Source: Candidatus Bathyarchaeia archaeon | GTDB lineage: Archaea > Thermoproteota > Bathyarchaeia > Bathyarchaeales > Bathycorpusculaceae | Direction: 5' to 3' | NCBI GenBank assembly: GCA_050010515.1 | Contig: JBEKKX010000019.1 | Coordinates: 1 to 43,952 of the forward strand | Length of the DNA stretch: 43,952 nt | Part shown: in pieces, positions 9,749 to 19,424 of the stretch | Layout: each line of letters begins with the position of its first letter | Position numbering within the stretch: the first letter of the stretch is position 1 | The notes under the pieces: model-generated | The model's input: only the letters and a program-made list of their open reading frames with translations | Told to the model about the DNA's origin: nothing | Databases searched by the model: none | Made by a program: the position numbers and the translations under genes

Positions 9749-10665
9749 TATTGTGCCCCAGAATTATTTTCGGTTAATGAATTGTATGTGTCTGGTCGCC
9801 GATTTTTAAGGAAACCCCAGCCTTCTTGGATTTCTTTGTTTTTACTAAGATCCACCTCGACAACTAGTACTTCCTCATTCGTGTCGCTGGCTTCTTTGAG
9901 CACTTTCCCAAAGGAGTCACATACGAATGAACCGCCCCAAAACTTTAGTTGCCCTTCCTCGCCTACCCTATTCACAGCAGCAACATGTACTCCATTCACT
10001 ATGGCGTGGGCACGTTGCACTGTTTTCCAAGCATCATGCCAGTCCCCGTCAGATGAAGTATAACCTTTAATCCATCCAATCGCTGTAGGATAAAATATGA
10101 TTTCTGCGCCCTTTAGCGCGTTAATTCTGGCAGGTTCAGGAAACCATTGGTCATAGCAGATAAGTACCCCTACACGTGCGTACTGGGTTTTGTGCACAGA
10201 GTAACCTGAGTCGCCTGCTTCAAAATAGTTTTTTTCGTAGAAAAACGGGTCATTTGGTATGTGTACTTTGCGGTAGGCGCCTAAAATTTTTCCGTTTGCA
10301 TCAATTATGACCGCTGAGTTGTAGTATTTTCCGTTTGAATGTTTTTCAAATATAGGCGCAATTATAACTATCTTGTTCTTTTTCGCCAGTTCTGAGAAAG
10401 CTCTTGTGGATTCTCCGGGAACTGTTTCAGCTAAGTTACTGACGTCCTGTTTTTTTTCTTGTGGAAAATATTTGGTTCTATACAGTTCTTGGAGGCAGAC
10501 AATTTGTGCCCCCTTTCGTGAGGCTTCTTCGATTCTTTCTATAGTTTTTGCCATGTTGCTGGCTATGTCATCTGAAACAGTCGCTTGAATAAGCCCAATA
10601 CTGACTTTTTTTCTTTTTTCCTCTGCTCCGAAAGCGTTTGGGTTGGTGATGTCAGCAGATATCAT
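9748..10665 (-). CDS. aguB: N-carbamoylputrescine amidase (nitrilase family)
   Basis: LQEL, YRKVHIP, ICYDQWFPE triad, YPTAIGW; translationally coupled to aguA. Confidence 0.93.
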   Translation of the reverse strand: MISADITNPNAFGAEEKRKKVSIGLIQATVSDDIASNMAKTIERIEEASRKGAQIVCLQELYRTKYFPQEKKQDVSNLAETVPGESTRAFSELAKKNKIVIIAPIFEKHSNGKYYNSAVIIDANGKILGAYRKVHIPNDPFFYEKNYFEAGDSGYSVHKTQYARVGVLICYDQWFPEPARINALKGAEIIFYPTAIGWIKGYTSSDGDWHDAWKTVQRAHAIVNGVHVAAVNRVGEEGQLKFWGGSFVCDSFGKVLKEASDTNEEVLVVEVDLSKNKEIQEGWGFLKNRRPDTYNSLTENNSGAQ

Positions 10666-10841
10666 TGTCTTTCCTTAATTGCAATTATGTTAGATGCTGG
10701 TCGTAATAACTTTTCTGAATCAAAAGTCGAAAAAACACGGCAGATTGCACAAATTTTTTTCTAATTTTTGGGCGAAATTTATACGGTAATTTTTGATATA
10801 GATTCACTATTCACAACACCTTTACAAAAAACCTAACAGGA

Positions 10842-10865
10842 TACCTGCCGCGGTAGCGGCAGGTA
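10842..10865. repeat. perfect 10-bp GC-rich inverted repeat
   Basis: TACCTGCCGC-GGTA-GCGGCAGGTA in the divergent aguB/lrp intergenic region. Confidence 0.7.
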
Positions 10866-11010
10866 ATTCACTTTTCAAATGTCCTGAAATTTCAGGTTTT
10901 TTTATAATAAAAAATAAATAATTAATTTCGTGTCGCCTGTTGGTACTTATGAGGAAGTGAGGGAAAAGTTTCATAAGTTGTTCTTCTTATAAATAGTCGG
11001 GGGGTATTGG

Positions 11011-11469
11011 ATGCTTTCAACAAGCTTGGATGATTTGGACAAGCGTATACTTAAGCTGTTGCAATTTAATGGCCGGCTTTCGTTTGCAGAACTTAGCCGT
11101 GAACTAGATGTCGCTGAAGCCACGGTTAGATTTCGAGTTAACCGACTTGTAAGCAACGGTGTCATCACTCGATTTGCAGCATTGCTTGATCCAGCTAAAG
11201 TTGGTATGAAAGTGAGCGGAGCAATCTTGCTCAAAATTGATCCAGCCTATCTGGAAGAAGCTTGCAAGCAACTAGTTTCATTTAGCGAAACACAGTACTT
11301 GTTTCAAAGCACCGGCGAATACGACGTGGTTTCGGTAATTGTTGCCCGAGACATGGAACACCTTAATAACTTGATTAAAAAGACCAAGATTATTCCAGGT
11401 GTAAAAGATGCACGGGTATCAGTTACAACGAGGTTTTTGAAATTCGATCCGGGCATCATCATGTTATAA
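11011..11469 (+). CDS. Lrp/AsnC transcriptional regulator
   Basis: LDDLDKRIL...GRLSFAELSRELDVAEATVRFRV HTH; TGEYD RAM domain. Confidence 0.93.
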   Translation: MLSTSLDDLDKRILKLLQFNGRLSFAELSRELDVAEATVRFRVNRLVSNGVITRFAALLDPAKVGMKVSGAILLKIDPAYLEEACKQLVSFSETQYLFQSTGEYDVVSVIVARDMEHLNNLIKKTKIIPGVKDARVSVTTRFLKFDPGIIML

Positions 11470-11644
11470 TCAAGTTTGGTAAAGTCAACCGTTTTCAGGT
11501 TTTCTATCTTGCTGAATCAGCAAGAAATTTTCTCTAAATCATAGTTTTCCGCAAGGTTAATACGTAAAGCTATGTCAACTATCGCAGTAAAGAGCTTAAT
11601 CCTAAGGGATAAGTAATCGCTTTAAAAACCAAGCTTAACTTCAG

Positions 11645-12208
11645 GTGAAATTAGTGAAAGAGAACACTGGTCAGAATAAATATGAGAAATGTAAAAATTC
11701 AGAGGCAAAACTCAATTCACATGATCCGACAACATTGTCGCTCATAAGTCTCGACGAAACTGACAGAATAATAATGCAGATACTTCAAGATGATTTCCCC
11801 ATTGTGCAAGAACCCTGGCTCGAAATAAGCAACAGACTTAACATCAGTGAAGGCGAAGTTATATCGCGTTTAAAGCGCCTCATTGAAGCAGGCACCATCG
11901 TAAAGATAGGGCCAGTCTTTGATGCTTCAAGAATCGGTTTAAAGGCAGCTACTTTAGTCGCAATGAGGGTACCAAAAAACAAAGTGAATGATGTTGCTCG
12001 CGTCATAAACGAATATGATAACGTTTCCCACAATTACGAACGTGAGGACGAATATAACGTATGGTTTACTCTTGCTGCGTCAAGCAATAGCGAATTAGCC
12101 ATGATACTGGATGAGATTAAGCAAAAAACAGGCATGAAAGACCTTGATGTACTTGACTTGCCTACAATTCGTCGCTTTAAGATAAACGTACATTTCCAAC
12201 TGACCTAA
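11645..12208 (+). CDS. ahbA: siroheme decarboxylase alpha subunit
   Basis: LQDDFP, TLVAMRVP, VSHNYER, YNVWFT; operon context. Confidence 0.9.
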   Translation: MKLVKENTGQNKYEKCKNSEAKLNSHDPTTLSLISLDETDRIIMQILQDDFPIVQEPWLEISNRLNISEGEVISRLKRLIEAGTIVKIGPVFDASRIGLKAATLVAMRVPKNKVNDVARVINEYDNVSHNYEREDEYNVWFTLAASSNSELAMILDEIKQKTGMKDLDVLDLPTIRRFKINVHFQLT

Positions 12209-12221
12209 ACAAGCTTTTAAG

Positions 12222-12761
12222 GTGAGAAAAATGGATGAAATTGACCATAAACTTTTAGCTGGCATGGAAAAAGGCATTACTTTGACAACCGAGCCTTTCA
12301 ACGAGATTGCCCTCCAGCTAGGAATCACACCGAAAGAAGTCGTCACTCGCTTATGTAAGCTTAAAGATAAAGGCGTAATCAGGCGATTTGGCGCTTCAAT
12401 AAAACCTAACAACATTGGTTTCTCGGCAAATGCCCTTGTAGCCTGGAAGGTGCCTGGAAACCGCGTTCAAGAAATAGGAATTTATTTGTCAAAATATCAA
12501 GAAATCTCACACTGCTACGAGCGCAAAACTATCAATGGAAGATGGGACTACAATCTCTACACAGTTATACATGGAAGAGAACGAGAAGTTCTTCAACGTA
12601 TGGTTAAGAAAATCTCAGAGGGAATCGCAATAAACGAATACAAAATACTGTACAGCACAAGAGACCTAAAAAGAAATATCAGCCTTGGCAGCTCCACTGT
12701 GCTTCCAGCAAAAGCCCCTTCAATGCTGTCTGAAAATTTCCAGGAGATGAACGATCCTTGA
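12222..12761 (+). CDS. ahbB: siroheme decarboxylase beta subunit
   Basis: GVIRRFGA, NALVAWKVP, SHCYER, WDYNLYTVIH. Confidence 0.9.
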   Translation: MRKMDEIDHKLLAGMEKGITLTTEPFNEIALQLGITPKEVVTRLCKLKDKGVIRRFGASIKPNNIGFSANALVAWKVPGNRVQEIGIYLSKYQEISHCYERKTINGRWDYNLYTVIHGREREVLQRMVKKISEGIAINEYKILYSTRDLKRNISLGSSTVLPAKAPSMLSENFQEMNDP

Positions 12762-13906
12762 TTAACATTACAAAACTTTGGTGTGGCACTCCAGGTTCGA
12801 TGGATCACTTACGGTATGGCTCTGCAACTCACCAAAGACCAGTTGTTGTTTGGAACACAACACGACGTTGTAACCTCAATTGCTTACATTGCTATTCGAG
12901 GTCCGAGAATAAAGTATACCTTAACGAATTAACCACGGATGAAGCTAAGGCTTTTGTGAAAGACATAGCAGAGTTCGGTGTTAACGTGCTGTTGTTTTCC
13001 GGCGGAGAACCCCTGCTTAGACACGACCTTTTTGAAGTTGCACGTTTCGCTTCCGACGAAGGCTTAAGAGCAGTGTTATCTACAAACGGCACACTAATTA
13101 CAGAGAGCATAGCAGGGCAATTAAAAAATGCAGGTTTTTCCTACGTGGGAATTAGTTTAGATGGCATAGGTGAAACTAACAACAGGTTTAGAGGCAAAAA
13201 AGAAGCTTTCGAGTTGGCAGTTGAAGGAATTCGAAACTGCCTTAAAGCAGAGGTTAAAACGGGCTTACGCTTTACCGTCACTAAATATAATTTCAAAGAT
13301 CTTCCTGAAATTTTCGAACTCATTGAAGCTGAAGGAATCCCTCGAGTCTGCTTATATCACTTAGCATACGTGGGGCGGGGAACCGAAATTACAAATGATG
13401 ATCTAACGCATGAACAGACAAGGGAGTTCATGGATTACGTTTTAAAGAAAGCCGAGACTTTCCACAAGAAAGCCTTAAACACCGAAATCTTAACCGTTGA
13501 TAACCATGCGGATGCAGCCTATTTGTACCTTAAACTGAAAGAAAAGGACCCGAAAAAAGCAGAAGAAGCGCTCCAGCTTCTAAAGGTAAATGGCGGAAAC
13601 AGCTCGGGCACAGGGATAGCATGCGTTGATTTTAATGGTTATGTGCATCCGGATCAATTCTGGCAGCATTACTCACTAGGTAATATCCGAACACGCAAAT
13701 TCAGCCAAATCTGGGCAGACAACTCTGAACCGTTGCTTCAAGCTCTCAGGAACAGAAAAATTCATCTCCACGGAAAATGTACAGAATGCCGATTTCTTGA
13801 TATCTGTAACGGCAACCTCAGAGTTAGAGCGGAAGCAGTTTATGGAGATACATGGGCACCTGACCCTGCCTGCTACTTAACACCGCAAGAAATAAAGCGC
13901 GATTAA
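12758..13906 (+). CDS. ahbC: radical SAM Fe-coproporphyrin III synthase (NirJ1-like)
   Basis: RPVVVWNTTRRCNLNCLHC, TVDNHAD, GGNSSG, HPDQFW, SPASM cysteines, DPACYL. Confidence 0.9.
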   Translation: MINITKLWCGTPGSMDHLRYGSATHQRPVVVWNTTRRCNLNCLHCYSRSENKVYLNELTTDEAKAFVKDIAEFGVNVLLFSGGEPLLRHDLFEVARFASDEGLRAVLSTNGTLITESIAGQLKNAGFSYVGISLDGIGETNNRFRGKKEAFELAVEGIRNCLKAEVKTGLRFTVTKYNFKDLPEIFELIEAEGIPRVCLYHLAYVGRGTEITNDDLTHEQTREFMDYVLKKAETFHKKALNTEILTVDNHADAAYLYLKLKEKDPKKAEEALQLLKVNGGNSSGTGIACVDFNGYVHPDQFWQHYSLGNIRTRKFSQIWADNSEPLLQALRNRKIHLHGKCTECRFLDICNGNLRVRAEAVYGDTWAPDPACYLTPQEIKRD

Positions 13907-13919
13907 GAAGGCAAACAGC

Positions 13920-14981
13920 ATGAACGCAGCCGACAAATCACGCTCATCCGAAACGCAAGAAGTTGCACCTAGAGTTATAGCTTGGGAATCCACTCGTGCC
14001 TGCAATTTTGCATGTGTTCACTGTAGGGCTGAAGCACAAAAAGAGCCTGATCCAAAACAACTCACAACCCAAGAAGCACTAAATTTAGTAGATCAAATCG
14101 CCGCGTTATGCAAGCCAATCTTCATTATAAGTGGCGGTGACCCTCTCCAGAGAAAAGACATCTTCGGAATCGCCTCATACGCTTCCAGCTTAGGTTTACG
14201 AGTGGTTATGTCTCCAAGCGGCAGCAACCTGACAGCAGGCACCTTTGAAAAAATGAAGGCAGCAAGCGTAAAGATGATTTCACTTAGCCTTGACGGTTCG
14301 AGCCCTGAAATTCATGATAATTTCAGGCAGGTGCCTGGCGCTTTCAATTTAGCTATAAAAAACATGTCAATGGCTCGTCAAAGCGGATTTGCTTTTCGCG
14401 TTAACACAACTGTCACCCAGCATAACCTCAATGACCTCTTCAATATTCAAAAGGTAGCTGCTGAAATGGGCGCCCGTGAATGGGACGTCTTCATGCTGGT
14501 GCCGACGGGTCGCGGAAAGGTAAAGATGGAAATAACGCTAGACCAATACGAGGAGACCCTCCAGTCTATCTATAAAGCAAGCCTCACATCGCCTATTCCA
14601 ATCAAAATGACCTGTGCACCTCAATACATGAGAGTTATCGCTGAGCGGCAAAAAGAACCCCGCCAGCCTCACACAGGTGGCAGAGGATGCATGGCTGGCA
14701 ACGGTTTTTGCTTTATCTCTCACGTCGGAGAAGTCTTCGGCTGCGGCTTTCTTCCAATTTCAGCCGGCGACATTCGGCAACAGAAATTTAAGCAAATCTA
14801 TCAGCAATCTTCATTGTTCGTTCAGCTACGGAATCACGAATCGCTGAAAGGGAAATGTGGCAGGTGTGAGTATAAGGCGTTGTGTGGTGGTTGTCGTGCA
14901 AGGGCATTATCCATACATAAAGACTACTTAGAAGAAGAACCGTACTGCATTTACAAACCCAAAAATTTTAAGCAGCAGTGA
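13920..14981 (+). CDS. ahbD: radical SAM heme b synthase (NirJ2-like)
   Basis: AWESTRACNFACVHCRA, FMLVPTGRG, TCAPQY, GCMAG, CGRC...CGGCRARA, EPYC. Confidence 0.9.
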   Translation: MNAADKSRSSETQEVAPRVIAWESTRACNFACVHCRAEAQKEPDPKQLTTQEALNLVDQIAALCKPIFIISGGDPLQRKDIFGIASYASSLGLRVVMSPSGSNLTAGTFEKMKAASVKMISLSLDGSSPEIHDNFRQVPGAFNLAIKNMSMARQSGFAFRVNTTVTQHNLNDLFNIQKVAAEMGAREWDVFMLVPTGRGKVKMEITLDQYEETLQSIYKASLTSPIPIKMTCAPQYMRVIAERQKEPRQPHTGGRGCMAGNGFCFISHVGEVFGCGFLPISAGDIRQQKFKQIYQQSSLFVQLRNHESLKGKCGRCEYKALCGGCRARALSIHKDYLEEEPYCIYKPKNFKQQ

Positions 14982-15040
14982 ACCTGTGGGCTAGAAGTCA
15001 AGTCAATGGATGAAAATGTCTGTTAATTAAGAGCAAATGC

Positions 15041-15340
15041 TTAATTTCGGCTTACTTTTTTGGTTTGTCTGAGTGAATAGTCAAAGAACTTTTCAGTGGT
15101 ATCTTCAGAGGTCCATTCTGAGCGAATTCTAGTTTTCTTTTCAGCCTTACGCAATTCAGAAAGCAGCATGCGATTTAAGTCTCTGGCGCTTTCACCTTTG
15201 AATTCAGCATTGACTTCGAACCCGTCAGCGGTTGGTTTGATGGAGCCGTTGTTGCCAATCATTCGTTCTAACACAGCTTTTATAGCTGACGGGCTGGCAC
15301 TGCTTACTCTTGCAGATAGCTTGAATATTTTCTCGGACAC
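15041..15340 (-). CDS. hypothetical protein
   Basis: 99 aa protein-like ORF co-oriented with the tautomerase. Confidence 0.65.
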   Translation of the reverse strand: MSEKIFKLSARVSSASPSAIKAVLERMIGNNGSIKPTADGFEVNAEFKGESARDLNRMLLSELRKAEKKTRIRSEWTSEDTTEKFFDYSLRQTKKVSRN

Positions 15341-15371
15341 TAATTGTCAGTCCTTTGCTTTAGTTTGGGGT

Positions 15372-15566
15372 TTAACGGTTTGCGTGTATTTCTGAATGCA
15401 ATTGTCCACCCGTTGCCCAATTGCTCTTTGGCGCTTCATAAATAACGATCTCGACTGCTTCCTTGGGAACTCCTAAGTCTTCAAAAACTTTCGTTATCCC
15501 TTCGACTGTTTTCTTCTTGTTCTCAGGGCTCATGCCCTCCCAAACAGAAACTTGAACTATTGGCAT
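15372..15566 (-). CDS. 4-oxalocrotonate tautomerase family protein
   Basis: N-terminal Pro (MPIVQV), NWATGG; GAGGT SD. Confidence 0.9.
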   Translation of the reverse strand: MPIVQVSVWEGMSPENKKKTVEGITKVFEDLGVPKEAVEIVIYEAPKSNWATGGQLHSEIHANR

Positions 15567-15803
15567 TTCATTTTTACCTCAATTAACACATTCTTCGTTT
15601 CCCTAATTAATGTATTCTCAATGGCACTTGAAGCTGGAACCTGGTGCTGTGCAACCACGACAACATCATTAAATCTTGCAAATTAAAGGTTGATTGCTTC
15701 TGTTATAAGCTGCTCAATTAGGCTGAGATGTGCGGATTTAATTGAAGCAGGGAAAAATAGTTGGAAGAGCCGTTTTGGTGCCTTAACGCTAAGCTTTCAA
15801 AAC

Positions 15804-16892
15804 CTAAGTGGATAAATACGTTAAACTTTTGCCGCCATCAGCCGTAATTTGAATGGTATCCTCAATTTTTACGCCTCCAATGCCTTTGACTGGCAAAATT
15901 GAGTGACCTATAGCCAACGTCCAGTTTTCTTTTATCTCCAACTGCACATGGCTAAAGTAGTGACTTGGGTGAGGCCACTCCTCAAATTCTAAACCAACCC
16001 CGTGCACTGGTCCTGGAATCCAAACATCACCATAACCTTTAGCGGTGAAAGCTTCTGTGAACGCTTTAGTAACGTTTCCGACCAGCCAGCCTGGTTTTAT
16101 GTTGGAGATGATGCTTTGCTGTACTTGGCTGTATGCTTGTATGAGTTCATTTTGCTTTTGTGATGCTTCCCCGCAGACAACGGTTCTAGCGCAGTCTGAA
16201 GAGTACATGTCAACAACCGGGTGCACATCAACCACGACGAGGTCGCCGTTCTCAATTTTGCGCTTTGACGCTCCGCCGTGCAAGTAAATAGAGTGTGGTC
16301 CGCTGTCTACAAAAGTGCTTGATCCGTAACGCATTGCACCAGCCCGCCGCATGGCATATTCGGCTTCTGCTGCAACCTCAATCTCCGTGACGCCTGGCTT
16401 GACAGCGGCGATGGCTGCGGTTACGCCTTTGCTTGCTGCTTCAGCAGCTTTTTTCATAGCTTCAATTTCTTCCGAATCCTTGGCATAGCGTAATGGCATT
16501 AGGATTTCTTCGTTTTCGATTACTTTCATTTTAGGGTTTGACTTTAGGAACTTGTAAACTAAAAAGCCTGGATTCGAATGAGTGCAAAAACCAACTTTCT
16601 TTTCTGCAACGTTGTGTTGCTTGACTAGTTGAAAGAAGTTTTGCATTAGCTGTGCAGGCGTACGCCAGCCTCGGACATCCTTGATTCCTGAAGCTTTAGC
16701 TGCAGCCTCTACTTCCTCATCAAAAACAATTATTGTTGGTTCGCCTTCTTGCGGAAGAAACAGCCTAGCAACATTTCGCATGTCACCCGTTAGGTAATAA
16801 TAGTTTTCTCTGCTTGTAACTTGCAGTGCTGCAACTTCCTGCTGAACCATTAATTCTTGTGCTTTTTTACGGCGCATCTCAAAACGATTCAT
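15804..16892 (-). CDS. M24 (Xaa-Pro peptidase/creatinase) family hydrolase
   Basis: ENYYYLTG, KDSEEIE, YSSDCART, HGVGL, GVKIEDT. Confidence 0.88.
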   Translation of the reverse strand: MNRFEMRRKKAQELMVQQEVAALQVTSRENYYYLTGDMRNVARLFLPQEGEPTIIVFDEEVEAAAKASGIKDVRGWRTPAQLMQNFFQLVKQHNVAEKKVGFCTHSNPGFLVYKFLKSNPKMKVIENEEILMPLRYAKDSEEIEAMKKAAEAASKGVTAAIAAVKPGVTEIEVAAEAEYAMRRAGAMRYGSSTFVDSGPHSIYLHGGASKRKIENGDLVVVDVHPVVDMYSSDCARTVVCGEASQKQNELIQAYSQVQQSIISNIKPGWLVGNVTKAFTEAFTAKGYGDVWIPGPVHGVGLEFEEWPHPSHYFSHVQLEIKENWTLAIGHSILPVKGIGGVKIEDTIQITADGGKSLTYLST

Positions 16893-17007
16893 AGCCTCAA
16901 CCTCACTTCGTTATTTTTCTTATTTGCGGACTCTTATCAATGTAGTGCAATTGGCAAACCTTAAATTAGCGCTTGCTTAATCGTGAATTTAAAGAGAATG
17001 ATGATTC

Positions 17008-17394
17008 TTGCAGCAAGCAAATACGCAACAACCTGTTTCCAAGCCTAAAAGAGCAACATTAGCCTTTGCATTATCTCTGGCGGGAGCTTTGGTGATTTTA
17101 GCTCAGGGCTTAGTAAGAATCTTGCGCGGCGAAGTCATCACATTTCTCGGATCGGACGAAATTCGGCGGAGAATTCTAGTAGGATTAGCATTAGACATAG
17201 TCGGTGCAATCGCTATTGTATTTGCTGTTTTGATAATAATTGGGGCATACTTTATTTATAATCCGGGAACAGAAGTCATTGGAGGCGTAGTCGTCTTAAT
17301 CTTTTCAGCGCTAAGCATCATAGCAGGCGGCGGCTGGTTAATTGGCTTAATCCTTGGCATAATAGGCGGCGTCATCTGTCTAATAAAAAAATAA
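17008..17394 (+). CDS. hypothetical multi-TM membrane protein
   Basis: about four Gly-rich hydrophobic helices. Confidence 0.7.
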   Translation: MQQANTQQPVSKPKRATLAFALSLAGALVILAQGLVRILRGEVITFLGSDEIRRRILVGLALDIVGAIAIVFAVLIIIGAYFIYNPGTEVIGGVVVLIFSALSIIAGGGWLIGLILGIIGGVICLIKK

Positions 17395-17459
17395 CTAAAC
17401 AAACAAACGTAATTGCATATGTTTAGACGAGAGAAGAAATCCGCAAACGAATCAGCGAA

Positions 17460-17666
17460 TTGGTAGCAAAATTCAGGGAGAAAGGCGCTCTAAGCCCAGA
17501 AAAAGCTATGACTCCGGAAGAGTTAGGGCTTCCGCCGAGATTCAAAGATGCAATGCAGAGGCGTTTAGGCAGAACAGGAATTTTCGTTGAAGTTAACGGA
17601 AAATATTATCTTTCAGAACAACGGCTAAAAGAGGTTCAAGAAAGAATTTCCTCTCGAAGATTTTGA
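17460..17666 (+). CDS. small hypothetical protein, possibly winged helix; 5' end may be frameshifted
   Basis: KFREKGALSPEKAMTPEELGLP...GKYYLSE; the frame is open upstream to 17427 without an ATG. Confidence 0.6.
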   Translation: MVAKFREKGALSPEKAMTPEELGLPPRFKDAMQRRLGRTGIFVEVNGKYYLSEQRLKEVQERISSRRF

Positions 17667-17759
17667 TAACTACTTTTGCGCTTAAAGTTTGTCACTCTTT
17701 AAATATAGAAACCTATTTTCATATTCCAGCAATAAACTAAAACTCTAGGCGAAACTTGG

Positions 17760-18782
17760 ATGGAAAGAAAAGATTACCTCGAAACTCCAATCAAGCACAT
17801 AAAAATAAACAGTGTACTAACCGTTGACCAGTTAATGCAGGAATTCAAAAATTCAGGCTCCTTAGGCGCTGGACGCTTAGCTACGGCATGCGATATCTAT
17901 GAGAAAATGCTCAAAGACAAAGGCTGCACCATCTTTTTGGCGCTTTCAGGCGCTGTTGTACCCGCTGGAATGCGCACGTTAATCACTGACTTGATAAGAA
18001 AAAGGTTCGTGGACGTGATTGTCAGTACAGGAGCATGCATGGTTCATGACGCCATCGAAGCCGTAGGCGGGCATCATTACAAAGGAAGCTGGGCAGTGAA
18101 TGACAATGAACTTTACAAGTATCATGTTTTCCGTATTTACGATATTTTTGTTCCCGAAGAAGACTTCGTTAAATTGGACTTCAAGTTGTCAGAAATGTAC
18201 GATGACATCGCATTAGAACACAAAGGAGAAAGTTTAGCTTCAAACGAGTTTTCCTGGGAAATCGGCAAGCGACTAACCGACCCAAACTCCATACTGCGAG
18301 CGGCGTACGAAGAGAACGTTCCAATTTTTATCCCAGCCGTGCGTGACTCAGAATTTGGCTTCATCCATTGGCTTCACGCGTCCCAGAAAAACCCCAAGCC
18401 TGTGCTTCAGGTTGACGCTTTCAAGGATGTGCCAACTATTTGCGGCATCAGTGCGAAATCACCCAAAAATGGCATGATAGTAATCGGTGGCGGAGTACCA
18501 CGCAACACCATCCAATCATCCGTATTAGCCTCTAAGAAAGGCTTAGATTATGCTGTGGTAATCACCCTAGACCGACCTGAAACAGGAGGTTTATCTGGCT
18601 CAACGTTGGAGGAGACGGTAAGTTGGGGAAAAATGAAAGGCGAAGCAGACCACGTAATGGTTATCGGCGAAGCATTGATGGTTTTCCCCTTTCTCGTTGC
18701 TTCCGTAACCGAACGGTTAGGCGAAAGCTTCAAGCGCAACCCTTTTTCACAGCTTGAAAAAACAGCAAGCAAAGGAAGCTAA
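17760..18782 (+). CDS. dys: deoxyhypusine synthase family protein
   Basis: IVSTGA, PAVRDSEFG, GGGVPRN, GGLSGSTLEETVSWGK with the catalytic Lys. Confidence 0.92.
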   Translation: MERKDYLETPIKHIKINSVLTVDQLMQEFKNSGSLGAGRLATACDIYEKMLKDKGCTIFLALSGAVVPAGMRTLITDLIRKRFVDVIVSTGACMVHDAIEAVGGHHYKGSWAVNDNELYKYHVFRIYDIFVPEEDFVKLDFKLSEMYDDIALEHKGESLASNEFSWEIGKRLTDPNSILRAAYEENVPIFIPAVRDSEFGFIHWLHASQKNPKPVLQVDAFKDVPTICGISAKSPKNGMIVIGGGVPRNTIQSSVLASKKGLDYAVVITLDRPETGGLSGSTLEETVSWGKMKGEADHVMVIGEALMVFPFLVASVTERLGESFKRNPFSQLEKTASKGS

Positions 18783-18786
18783 AACC

Positions 18787-19008
18787 ATGAGCGACAACGA
18801 TGCTGGAAAATACTGCGGCAACTGCGACAGCCACAACTCATACGATTATCCCAACAAAATTTTCTGTTCAACCCGCCATGCTCAAAACAAAAACCCGATT
18901 GTTGATACCCTGTGGCACTGCAGTGACTGGAGTAAGGTCAGTCAAGAATGCTACTGCGTCCGGGAAGCCTTAAAGAAGGAAAACGCTGGCGAAGCGGCGC
19001 AACATTAA
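18787..19008 (+). CDS. small Cys-rich (putative Zn/Fe-binding) protein
   Basis: CGNCDSH...C...HC...CYC; ATG 4 nt after the dys stop. Confidence 0.7.
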   Translation: MSDNDAGKYCGNCDSHNSYDYPNKIFCSTRHAQNKNPIVDTLWHCSDWSKVSQECYCVREALKKENAGEAAQH

Positions 19009-19046
19009 AGTTATAATAGTGAAGCATGTTTTGATGTTTGCACCGA

Positions 19047-19119
19047 AGCCCGGTGGTGTAGCGGTCAAGCATAGGGGCCTCTGGAGCCCTCGACGAGAGT
19101 TCGAATCTCTCCCGGGCTA
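19047..19119 (+). tRNA. tRNA-Gln(CTG), intronless, CCA not encoded
   Basis: AGCCCGG/CCGGGCT acceptor stem with A1-U72, anticodon arm GGGGC-CTCTGGA-GCCCT, T-loop GTTCGAATC. Confidence 0.96.
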
Positions 19120-19424
19120 CTTTGGATTTTTCGTTCCTTCTTATGAGAAAATCGTTAAGTTACGTTCTTTAGCGTGCATAGGCGGTTAGGCAGGGGCTTC
19201 CGTTTATATCATCTGTCTAAACAGGTAGCGAGCAATTTTTGGTTAATGACTGCATTTTTTAATGCGGTCGCTTCTTCTTTTTGGGTTTATGCGTCTTTTG
19301 GCTTTTTTAGGATGGATAATAAGAAAGGGGCCTGTTAGCTGGGAACAAATGCATGTTGTTCTTTCAGTTTGTATCATTGGAAGGAAGGATTTTTCGAGGT
19401 TTAGCCATTTTCTGTTGGCTGGGT

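Noticed and set aside
11645-12761. Reading these two genes as further Lrp regulators
   Set aside because: The SHNYER and SHCYER motifs and linkage to two radical SAM genes identify AhbA and AhbB.
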